Shown piece by piece: positions 56,320 through 64,000 of a DNA stretch of 64,000 nucleotides. A program made the translations under genes and the position numbers. The stretch is from NCBI GenBank assembly GCA_963798485.1, contig CAWCTR010000017.1:192001-256000 (forward strand). The letters are read 5' to 3'. The DNA comes from an uncultured delta proteobacterium (GTDB lineage Bacteria; Desulfobacterota; Desulfomonilia; UBA1062). The notes under the pieces are model-generated. The model saw only the letters and a program-made list of their open reading frames with translations, was not told where the DNA came from and made no database searches. Position 1 is the stretch's first letter. The number at the start of each line of letters is the position of its first letter.

Positions 56320-58302
56320 ATGCCCTCGAACAATCTCAATGACCTTAACCCCTTGCAGCGGATAAAACGGAAACTTATCGGGGAACCAAAGGATCTGAAA
56401 GAGGCATCCATCTTTCACAAGCTGAGCCTGGTTCCGCTCCTTGCATGGATTGGTCTGGGCGCGGACGGTCTTTCATCCTCCTCATACGGGCCTGAAGAGG
56501 CGTTCCGGGCACTTGGAAATCACACATACCTGGCACTGTTCCTCGCGCTTGCTACTGCGTTCACGGTTTTCGTGATCTCATATGCCTACTCCCACATCAT
56601 CGAGCACTTCCCGTACGGAGGCGGCGGGTATATAGTAGCCACCCATACAATAGGCCAGACCGCGGGTGTAGTCTCCGGGAGCGCCTTGCTCGTCGACTAT
56701 GTGCTCACCATCACCGTATCCCTCGCATCCTGCGGCGATGCCATCTTCAGCTTCCTCCCGGCACAATACCATATGTTAAAGGTTCCCTTCGTCGTTCTCC
56801 TCCTCATCTTCCTCGTTTTGATGAACCTCAGGGGGGTGAAGGAATCCGTCTCCGTACTTGTACCGATCTTCCTGATATTTCTTGCAACCCACGTGCTCTT
56901 GCTGGGTTACGGGATTGGGACCCACCTATCCAAGGCGGGTATTATAGCGCAGCAGCTCCATGGTGAAATCGCGACAGACATGCAGGCCATTGGCCTGGTC
57001 GGAGTCATGGCGATCTTCCTCAGGGCCTTTTCCATGGGTGGTGGGACTTACACAGGCATTGAGGCGGTCTCCAACAGCATGCAGGTTATACGTGAGCCCA
57101 AGGTGGGAAACGGCAAGCGTACCATGCTCTATATGGCGCTGTCCTTGGCCATTATGGCGGGTGGACTCATTGTATGCTACCTCTTCTTCGATATCAGGCC
57201 CACTCCGGGCCGGACCATGAACGCCATGCTGGCGGATGGGGTCTTCGGTGCATGGCCTTTGGGAGGAATCATCGCCTTGATTACGATATTCTCTGAAGGG
57301 GCGCTGCTCATGGTCGGCGCCCAGGCGGGGTTCATAGGCGGGCCGAGGATCATGGGCAACATGGCAATTGACCTGTGGTTCCCCAGGAGATTTGCCGCAC
57401 TTTCGGAACGCCTCACCATGCAGCATGGTGTCCTACTTATGGGGATATCATCACTTGCCCTGCTTCTCTATACCCATGGGTCAGTCTCTGCACTGGTGGT
57501 CATGTATTCTATCAACGTGTTTCTCACCTTCTCGCTCTCCCAGTACGGCATGATCAATTACTACCTGAAGAGGAGGAAGAAGGAGACATCATGGAAGCGG
57601 TACATCATGGTCCATCTCCTCGGGTTCATTTTGTGCTTAACAATCCTTATTGTCACCTTGGTGGTGAAGTTTGAAGAAGGCGGGTGGATGACATTGCTCA
57701 TCACCGGGTGTCTTATTACCTTGTGCTATATCATCCGCGGGCATTACCGGAACGTAAGAAAAGGGGCGCGCTCACTGGACGACATACTCATGGGTATGTA
57801 TCTGGAGGGCTCCAAGGTGAACACGGATCCGTGCAACTCCGAGGACATGACTGCCATTCTCCTCGTAGGGGGCTACAACGGATTCGGCCTGCACTCCTTC
57901 CTTTCCATATTGAGGATCTTTCCGAACGTGTACAAGAATTTCATCTTTGTCTCCATCGGCGAGATAGACTCGGGTTCTTTCAAGGGTGTTGAAGAAATGG
58001 AGGCGCTGAAGCACTCCGTTGAAGACGGATTGAAGAAATACGTGAATCTTGCCCGCAAGCTCGGGTTCGCTGCGGATTACCGAGTGGATATCGGCATCGA
58101 TGTGGTCGAGACGGCCACCAGCCTCTGCCAGAGCGTTGCAGGTGAATATGCGCGTTCAACGGTTTTTGCAGGCCAGCTGATCTTCCAGAAGCAGAGCCTG
58201 TTCCAACGGTTTCTCCACAACGAGACGGCCTTTGCCATACAGCGCCGCCTCCAGTGGGAGGGCATCGCCATGATGATCCTGCCTATCCGGGTCATGATGT
58301 AA
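56320..58302 (+). CDS. kimA: KimA/YdaO-like APC-family potassium transporter
   Basis: ADGLSSSSYGPEE, GGGGYIVA, ALLVDYVLT, NLRGVKES, TGIEAVSN; about 12 TM plus cytosolic domain. Confidence 0.85.
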   Translation: MPSNNLNDLNPLQRIKRKLIGEPKDLKEASIFHKLSLVPLLAWIGLGADGLSSSSYGPEEAFRALGNHTYLALFLALATAFTVFVISYAYSHIIEHFPYGGGGYIVATHTIGQTAGVVSGSALLVDYVLTITVSLASCGDAIFSFLPAQYHMLKVPFVVLLLIFLVLMNLRGVKESVSVLVPIFLIFLATHVLLLGYGIGTHLSKAGIIAQQLHGEIATDMQAIGLVGVMAIFLRAFSMGGGTYTGIEAVSNSMQVIREPKVGNGKRTMLYMALSLAIMAGGLIVCYLFFDIRPTPGRTMNAMLADGVFGAWPLGGIIALITIFSEGALLMVGAQAGFIGGPRIMGNMAIDLWFPRRFAALSERLTMQHGVLLMGISSLALLLYTHGSVSALVVMYSINVFLTFSLSQYGMINYYLKRRKKETSWKRYIMVHLLGFILCLTILIVTLVVKFEEGGWMTLLITGCLITLCYIIRGHYRNVRKGARSLDDILMGMYLEGSKVNTDPCNSEDMTAILLVGGYNGFGLHSFLSILRIFPNVYKNFIFVSIGEIDSGSFKGVEEMEALKHSVEDGLKKYVNLARKLGFAADYRVDIGIDVVETATSLCQSVAGEYARSTVFAGQLIFQKQSLFQRFLHNETAFAIQRRLQWEGIAMMILPIRVMM

Positions 58303-58319
58303 ATGACTAAAACAAGGAT

Positions 58320-58344
58320 GTAGGGGCAGGCCTAGTGCCTGCCC
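58320..58344 (+). repeat. GTAG-type REP palindrome
   Basis: GTAG-GGGCAGGC-CTAGT-GCCTGCCC between convergent genes. Confidence 0.65.
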
Positions 58345-58360
58345 TTTACTATGTTCCCCT

Positions 58361-58957
58361 TCAGACTTTGGGGAAGTAGGTTGAGACAATACCCCTGACT
58401 TCCTGCAGCCACTTGCGCCGCTGGTCTACCGTGCTCGTGACGATGACGCTGAAGGTCCTGCGCTCGAACATCTGCACACCGCACAGGCCGAAGATACAAT
58501 TCTTCCACAGGGTTTCAAGTGGATCGCCAAAGACCCGGATCTCACGCTCAGCTTGGGTGTTTGAGGTGTTAAACACAAGGGCCGTTTTTGCCCTTAGGAG
58601 GCCGTTCGGAACCCCTTCGCCCAAGTCTCCCTCCTCGAATTCATACGACACCCCCGGCCGTAAAACCCGGTCGATCCACCCCTTAAGGATGGCGGGCGGC
58701 TGGCCCCACCAGTTGGGGTGGACCACGATAATACCGTCAGACTTTGCGATTTCATCGCAGTGCAGTGTGAGCTGCGGTGCCAATTGGGCATCTCTTGAGA
58801 TCTCATCAGAGGTAAGTATAGGGTCGAACCCTTCTTCATAGAGATCGTGAAAGATTACCTTGTGTCCATTCTCTTGAAGTTTGTCTATGGCAAATTCCGC
58901 AATGGCATGGTTAAAGCTCCCTGTGACGGGATGGGCCAGGATCACTGATACCTTCAT
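58361..58957 (-). CDS. Flavodoxin-like NAD(P)H:quinone oxidoreductase
   Basis: AHPVTGSFN, DLYEEGFDP, PNWWGQPPAILKGWIDRV; start at ATG 58957. Confidence 0.9.
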   Translation of the reverse strand: MKVSVILAHPVTGSFNHAIAEFAIDKLQENGHKVIFHDLYEEGFDPILTSDEISRDAQLAPQLTLHCDEIAKSDGIIVVHPNWWGQPPAILKGWIDRVLRPGVSYEFEEGDLGEGVPNGLLRAKTALVFNTSNTQAEREIRVFGDPLETLWKNCIFGLCGVQMFERRTFSVIVTSTVDQRRKWLQEVRGIVSTYFPKV

Positions 58958-58994
58958 GGCATATTCCTTTTGCGGTAAGGATTGATTATGCATA

Positions 58995-60134
58995 CTAATC
59001 CCTCAGGAGCTCCCGTGCAATGACCAGTCTCTGGATTTCAGACGTACCCTCATAGATAGTGGTGGCCCTGGCGTCCCGGTAGAGCCGCTCTACCTTGAAG
59101 TCTTTGATATAACCGTACCCGCCATGGATCTGCAGGGCGAGATATGCCGTCTTGTTCGCAGCCTCCGAGGCAAAGAGCTTTGCCATGGATGCCTCTTTCG
59201 TGAAAGGCACACCCTGGTCCTTTTTCCCGGCAGCAGAAAGGGAAAGGAGATGAGCCGCCTCGATGCCGGTTGCCATGTCGGCGATCATCCACTGGATTGC
59301 CTGGAACGACCCGATGGTGCGTCCGAATTGCTTGCGCTCCTTCGCATACCTGATGGCCTCATCCAGGCAGGCCCGTGCGATCCCGATGGCCTGGGAGGCA
59401 ATGCCGATGCGGCCGCTGTCCAGGGCAGACATGGCTATCTTGAACCCGATCCCTGTCTTTCCAATCAGGTTCTCTTTGGGCACCTTGCAGTCTTCAAAGA
59501 TGAGCTCCACCGTGTTGGATGCCCTCAGTCCCATCTTGTCTTCACGTGAACCGATGGAAAACCCTGGCGTGCCCTTCTCCACGATGATTGCCGAAAGACC
59601 CTTGCCGCCCTTTTCCTCTCCGGTCCTGACAATGAGGTTCACAACATCCGCATATGCGCCATGGGTGATGAAGATTTTAGTGCCATTGACAAGATAGTGA
59701 TTCCCCTTGTCCTCGGCCCTGATGCTCAGGCTTGCAGGGTCAGAGCCGGCCCCCGGTTCGGTAAGGGCAAAGCAGCCGAGCAGATCGCCCTGAGCGAGTC
59801 TTATGAGGTATTTTATCTTCTGGCCTTCATCGCCGAACTTGAGCAACGGCTCGGTGGAGAGGTTCGCCACCGACATGGTTACCGCCGTGGATGCACATGA
59901 ATAAGCAATCTCCTGGAGGGCCAGGCAGTAGCTGACAGCCCCGGCGGCTGCCCCGCCATACTCTGCCGGCACCATCATACCGAGCAGGCCGAGCCGGCCC
60001 ATCTTTTTTATCACATCCAAGGGGAAGATCTCCTCCTTGTCTCTTTTTGCAGCCAACGGCTCCAGCTCCTTCCTGGCAAAGTCCCTGGCCATGAGCCTGA
60101 CCATTTCCTGTTCTGCGCTGAGATTCAAAGGCAT
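58995..60134 (-). CDS. Short/branched-chain acyl-CoA dehydrogenase
   Basis: FALTEPGAGSD, KIFITHG, RKQFG, QIHGGYGY, IYEGTSEIQR. Confidence 0.96.
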   Translation of the reverse strand: MPLNLSAEQEMVRLMARDFARKELEPLAAKRDKEEIFPLDVIKKMGRLGLLGMMVPAEYGGAAAGAVSYCLALQEIAYSCASTAVTMSVANLSTEPLLKFGDEGQKIKYLIRLAQGDLLGCFALTEPGAGSDPASLSIRAEDKGNHYLVNGTKIFITHGAYADVVNLIVRTGEEKGGKGLSAIIVEKGTPGFSIGSREDKMGLRASNTVELIFEDCKVPKENLIGKTGIGFKIAMSALDSGRIGIASQAIGIARACLDEAIRYAKERKQFGRTIGSFQAIQWMIADMATGIEAAHLLSLSAAGKKDQGVPFTKEASMAKLFASEAANKTAYLALQIHGGYGYIKDFKVERLYRDARATTIYEGTSEIQRLVIARELLRD

Positions 60135-60143
60135 ATCCCCTCC

Positions 60144-60692
60144 TCAGGGAACGTAGATAACAACCAGGAGCTCGGCAACCACCTTTGTAGGGTTGCTGAG
60201 CTTGTGGTGCAAAGAGGAATTGAAATGGATGCTCCCGCCCTTCTTGAGCGTGGTAGTGTTCTGGCCTACCTGGATGGTCAGCCCGCCGTCCAGGACATAG
60301 ATGAATTCTTCCCCCTCGTGGTGGTATTCAACCCCCTTGTGCTCAGTGGCCGGATCGATAGTGACCCGGTATGCCCGCAGGTGTTTTTCCTCACCGGGCT
60401 GTGTCAGCGGTGCATAGGCGTAGGAGGCAACACGCTTTTTATGGCTTTTCGTACGCTTTTTTGAGGCCTGTTTTTCCTGAGGCCCCTGGAGTAGTTGCTC
60501 GATATCTATCTTGAAGGTTCGGCCAAGCTGGAGCACGAGGGCTACAGGAGGGGCAACATGACCTTCCTCGACCTCTTTCAGCAGTTCGATAGTGTAGCCT
60601 GTATCTTGTGAGAGGTCTTCCAGGCTGAGCCCCTTTTCCTCCCGCATGGTGCTGATTCTCTTGCCGAATGATTCTTCTTGCTTTCTGCTCAT
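60144..60692 (-). CDS. XRE-family HTH regulator with cupin domain
   Basis: N-terminal HTH; HHEGEEFIYVL, HFNSSLHH. Confidence 0.92.
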   Translation of the reverse strand: MSRKQEESFGKRISTMREEKGLSLEDLSQDTGYTIELLKEVEEGHVAPPVALVLQLGRTFKIDIEQLLQGPQEKQASKKRTKSHKKRVASYAYAPLTQPGEEKHLRAYRVTIDPATEHKGVEYHHEGEEFIYVLDGGLTIQVGQNTTTLKKGGSIHFNSSLHHKLSNPTKVVAELLVVIYVP

Positions 60693-60883
60693 GCAACCCC
60701 CTGTGTGTATGCAATGCTCTCAGGCATCATGAGTATCAATTACGAATAAAGACATGATACCATAAGAACATAGCACAAGGACAGATATTAAGAGTGGTTA
60801 ATGATCTTATTATATTACATGCTCTCATACCCGAAACCAACCATGCCCGTGCCGGATTATTGAACATACATCACACCCATGTC

Positions 60884-63673
60884 TTACTTGGCCTTTTCCT
60901 GGATGATCGTATTGCCTTGGTCGATGATTTGTATGCTCCGCTTCTTGGGTAGCGCCTTAATGGTGATTTCCTGTGTCTGGCCGGGGCCGATTTCAAGACT
61001 GATAGAGTTTTTATCATAGCCGTAATACTTCGGAAGCGTGTCTGTGGCAACTTGCAGAGTCTTTCTGCCCGGCCTCACCTCATTAAACCGGAATCTCCCC
61101 TGGCTATCGGTGAGCACATGCATTGTTTCATCCGTAGTTGCAAGCACAACGAGCACATTTGCAAGGCCCGAAATCTCTTTGAGCTCAAGGGGTTGTCCTT
61201 TCGAAGAACCGATCCCAGCAGCCTGGTCAACTTCATAGAGCGATGTGCTTTTATCATTGCCTATCCCATAGAGTACCACTCTGCCTGTGAGGACGGCCTT
61301 TTTCGTAACGCCGATCTCAATTACTTTCTCTTGGCCGCCTTCCAGCTTGATGGGCAATGGGTTCCGGCATGTAGGTATCCGGTCAATGCCAAGCCTTGAT
61401 GCATCAATTCCCAGATAAGGGATACCGGGTTTGACAGAGGAGAATATGAACCTTCCGTCTTTTCCTGTTGCAGTGGTCATGTCATCGAGTCTTAACAGGA
61501 CATTCGCCAGGGCCTCGCCGGTATTGGCATCTCGAATAACCCCGGAGACAGTGCTGCTACCCTTTTTCCTGCCCACAGGAAGATTGAATGGATATGAGTA
61601 CTCCAGCTGGATTGATGTCTCATCATTATTATTCTCATGATGGGCATAGAAGGTGTGGGCGGCCTGAAAAGAGACAGTGTCCTTGCTGAAAAATGTGTAG
61701 TTGAGAGAAGAGGTGAGCATATACTTATTCCCGATAGTGGAATCCGAGTAGGTATCCATCTGAGCGCTGCATTGGAATTGAGTGTTGTTTGCGATGATCA
61801 GTGAGCTGTTGATGCCGGCTGTAAGGTTCCGGTCCTTTCCCACTTCTGCATTCTGGCCCTGGGCATAGCGGAGATAACCGCCATAGGTCTGCCCATTTGT
61901 CAGGTGGAGGTACATGGATGATGACACCTGATAGATGAGCCCAGAGCTCGACGTCAGTTGATCATCTTTTTCGCCGGCTTCTCCAAAGAGGTTCAGCGAC
62001 AGGTTTGAATAGTTCTGAAGTACCCCGACCCTGAGTGTGTTTGTCGAATAGTCAAATACAGGGACATCCATGCGGTCTTTTGTCGTACGATACTGCCAGG
62101 TGGCGGTATAGGTCGTGTCTCTCCCATACCGGTAATCCAGACCTGTCTGATAGAGGGTATCAAAGGCTGCGCTTCGTTTAAGCTCATCCATATCCAGATT
62201 ATCTTTTTCCTGGTTAAAGACTGCATTCACATTAACAGAATCGGTCAAAGGGCTTGAGAGGTCCAGGGAGAACAACTCCTTGTCCTGGTAATATCCGGGA
62301 AAGTTCGGCGCTGCATAGAGATATTTGATTCGGGAGGCAATGGAGTTGCTGAGGTAGGAGAGCTTTACAAGGTATGCATTATCTTCTTCTTCAAGGTGTT
62401 TACCCATACCCCCTTCGAGTTGGATGTTTAAAAATTGAATGGGTCTCAGTTCCGCTGTTGTGGTCAAGAGCTTATCGCTGCCCTCAATATTCTCTTGGTC
62501 TTTGTTGAGGCAGTTCACGGCAAAGCGTGCACCCTCTGCCGGGGCGTACCCAAAGGTTGCTGCCGTTTCCGTAGTTTTGGGGGCGATCCATTGGGATTTT
62601 ACATAATAGCTCCGCAGGTTCAGCCCTTTATATGCAATAAGCCCGTCTGCGCCTCGTGCGGTAAGATATTGCTCGGTGAGCTCTGATAGAGAGAACTGGC
62701 CATCCCCTGCAGTGAGATCATAGCCATTGCCCCATGTCCGGATAGTGTAATTGTCCCTGGTCCCGGACAATGATTTATCCAGGGTATCAGGCCCCCTGAA
62801 GAGAAATGAGATATACTTGGTGCCTGCTTCATCAAGTGCGCCTTCACCTTGCATCTCAGCCTGGAATGGTGTGGTCGTCTTATCCTTTGTCTCAAAGTCC
62901 TGCCTGAGGCGTATCGTTGTCGGTACGGTGTTGTATATATCCTTCCGGCCTTGAAGCGGGATGATCTCTACAAAGGATTGGGTCTGGGCGTGAATCTCCT
63001 CTTTTCCGGTAACTGTGGCTGTGCATTCTACCCTATGCGTCAATCCGGCATCAGTCATTTGATGGGTTTGAACGGTCACATGGACTGCTTGAGAACCCCC
63101 TGGACCAAGAGTGAATTCATGGGCATCCGTACTAAAGGGAAAATCATTACTGCTCGAGATAGAGAGCGTTATGTCCTGTTCTTGGTTGCTCTCGTTGGTG
63201 ATAAGGAATGAAGCAACATACCCTTGACCTGATATCACTGACCGGGGTGAATCGATGAGGCGGACCTTCAACCCGGTGACCGACAGGACCTTTACAAGTA
63301 TGGATTGATTTGTGCTTATGGAGGGGTCATGTGTAGATGCAAAGTAACACTCTATGTCATAAGCTTTGGCAAGGGCATCATCAGGGATATAAAAGCTCAC
63401 CAGGATTACTGAAGTCTGGTTGCGCTCCAGCCAAAAGGAATTCAAAGAGGTGATAAGTTTCCAACCCGGAGGGAGCTTGATGTCAGACATGCATTCTATA
63501 CGCTGATCTGTTGAATTGGTTATTTCAAAGGCTGCGGTAATTACGTTTTTCGGCTTGGACTCGAATAGCTGATTTCCTGTAGCCCTGCTTTCAAGGCCCC
63601 GTGCATGACCAGGAGGAGCCCCGAATAAAAACACTATGAGCATACAGATCAGATATGTCGGTACCTTTTTCAA
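60884..63673 (-). CDS. Large exported protein, probable usher-like outer-membrane protein (Ig-like domains, beta-barrel, carboxypeptidase-regulatory-like domains)
   Basis: Signal peptide; N-terminal Ig-like repeats; long beta-strand region; VSGVIRDANTG and TDSQGRFRF motifs. Confidence 0.6.
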   Translation of the reverse strand: MKKVPTYLICMLIVFLFGAPPGHARGLESRATGNQLFESKPKNVITAAFEITNSTDQRIECMSDIKLPPGWKLITSLNSFWLERNQTSVILVSFYIPDDALAKAYDIECYFASTHDPSISTNQSILVKVLSVTGLKVRLIDSPRSVISGQGYVASFLITNESNQEQDITLSISSSNDFPFSTDAHEFTLGPGGSQAVHVTVQTHQMTDAGLTHRVECTATVTGKEEIHAQTQSFVEIIPLQGRKDIYNTVPTTIRLRQDFETKDKTTTPFQAEMQGEGALDEAGTKYISFLFRGPDTLDKSLSGTRDNYTIRTWGNGYDLTAGDGQFSLSELTEQYLTARGADGLIAYKGLNLRSYYVKSQWIAPKTTETAATFGYAPAEGARFAVNCLNKDQENIEGSDKLLTTTAELRPIQFLNIQLEGGMGKHLEEEDNAYLVKLSYLSNSIASRIKYLYAAPNFPGYYQDKELFSLDLSSPLTDSVNVNAVFNQEKDNLDMDELKRSAAFDTLYQTGLDYRYGRDTTYTATWQYRTTKDRMDVPVFDYSTNTLRVGVLQNYSNLSLNLFGEAGEKDDQLTSSSGLIYQVSSSMYLHLTNGQTYGGYLRYAQGQNAEVGKDRNLTAGINSSLIIANNTQFQCSAQMDTYSDSTIGNKYMLTSSLNYTFFSKDTVSFQAAHTFYAHHENNNDETSIQLEYSYPFNLPVGRKKGSSTVSGVIRDANTGEALANVLLRLDDMTTATGKDGRFIFSSVKPGIPYLGIDASRLGIDRIPTCRNPLPIKLEGGQEKVIEIGVTKKAVLTGRVVLYGIGNDKSTSLYEVDQAAGIGSSKGQPLELKEISGLANVLVVLATTDETMHVLTDSQGRFRFNEVRPGRKTLQVATDTLPKYYGYDKNSISLEIGPGQTQEITIKALPKKRSIQIIDQGNTIIQEKAK

Positions 63674-63999
63674 TTATCAAATTTCAGTGTATACTGGATC
63701 CCGATGAGGTCGTTCTCTCCGCAATCTGCAACCACAAGTGCCTTGTAGGTACCGGCAGGAACCTTTGAGATATCGATCCTGAACCGCTTGGATGTGTCCG
63801 GATAGACGCGGTATTGCTCGCCTTGAAACCGGCCCATGGAAGTTCCATCCTGGGCGTAGAGCTCTGTCCAGAGCTGAGGATGAAGGAGCCTTTCTCCATC
63901 ATTTTCCACGTCAATCTGCAGGATCCTTGCATCCGTTTCTTTCAGGATTTTTGTCTGGAGGAACTTGATCTTTCTGGTCCCGGTATCGCCGATATGGGT
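63670..63999 (-). CDS. Partial (3' end) Ig-fold protein, probable pilus chaperone-like
   Basis: Frame is open to the window edge; VENDGER, RVYPDTS, PAGTYKALVVADCG; overlaps the next gene's start. Confidence 0.5.
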   Translation of the reverse strand, partial: THIGDTGTRKIKFLQTKILKETDARILQIDVENDGERLLHPQLWTELYAQDGTSMGRFQGEQYRVYPDTSKRFRIDISKVPAGTYKALVVADCGENDLIGIQYTLKFDN

Positions 64000-64000
64000 C

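Noticed and set aside
1-64000. Many long antisense or alternate-frame ORFs in the track (e.g. 3442..4419, 7063..7833, 16698..17693, 17862..18653, 40482..41225)
   Set aside because: They overlap well-supported genes and show no motifs; typical shadows of GC-rich coding sequence.
1-64000. CRISPR array, tRNA, rRNA, transposase or integrase
   Set aside because: No regularly spaced repeats, cloverleaf or recombinase motifs were found by eye; short degenerate elements could have been missed.

Overview
Chromosomal window from an anaerobic, flagellated Gram-negative bacterium. It is most consistent with Desulfobacterota/deltaproteobacteria, inferred from the sigma54 promoters, PEP-CTERM gene, motA-motB-motB arrangement, corrinoid methyltransferases and a Sec codon. 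In order, it contains: degP; a QueG-like gene; an RNA-modification/MFS/CDF operon; a CsgG-like/lipoprotein/beta-barrel operon; two divergent corrinoid methyltransferase operons; an AT-rich accessory island at about 21.2-27.6 kb; a kinase-like gene and class III aminotransferase; two CoA-disulfide reductase paralogs; fliK-flgDE and motABB-fliLMNOPQR; mutS; an flhG-like gene; ppiD; nlpC; a riboswitch-led kimA; acyl-CoA dehydrogenase; and the end of a probable chaperone/usher-like operon. Main observations missed by the ORF track: (1) a selenocysteine CoADR/NADH oxidase with UGA at catalytic residue 43 and a SECIS-like hairpin; (2) two integron gene cassettes without an integrase, including a 48-bp attC and a HEPN-motif protein, downstream of a duplicated promoter module; (3) a MotB paralog lacking the ion-binding Asp next to a canonical one; (4) a c-di-AMP riboswitch; (5) a G10 frameshifted membrane-protein gene; (6) an ATA-initiated kinase-like gene. 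All calls come from manual reading with no database searches.
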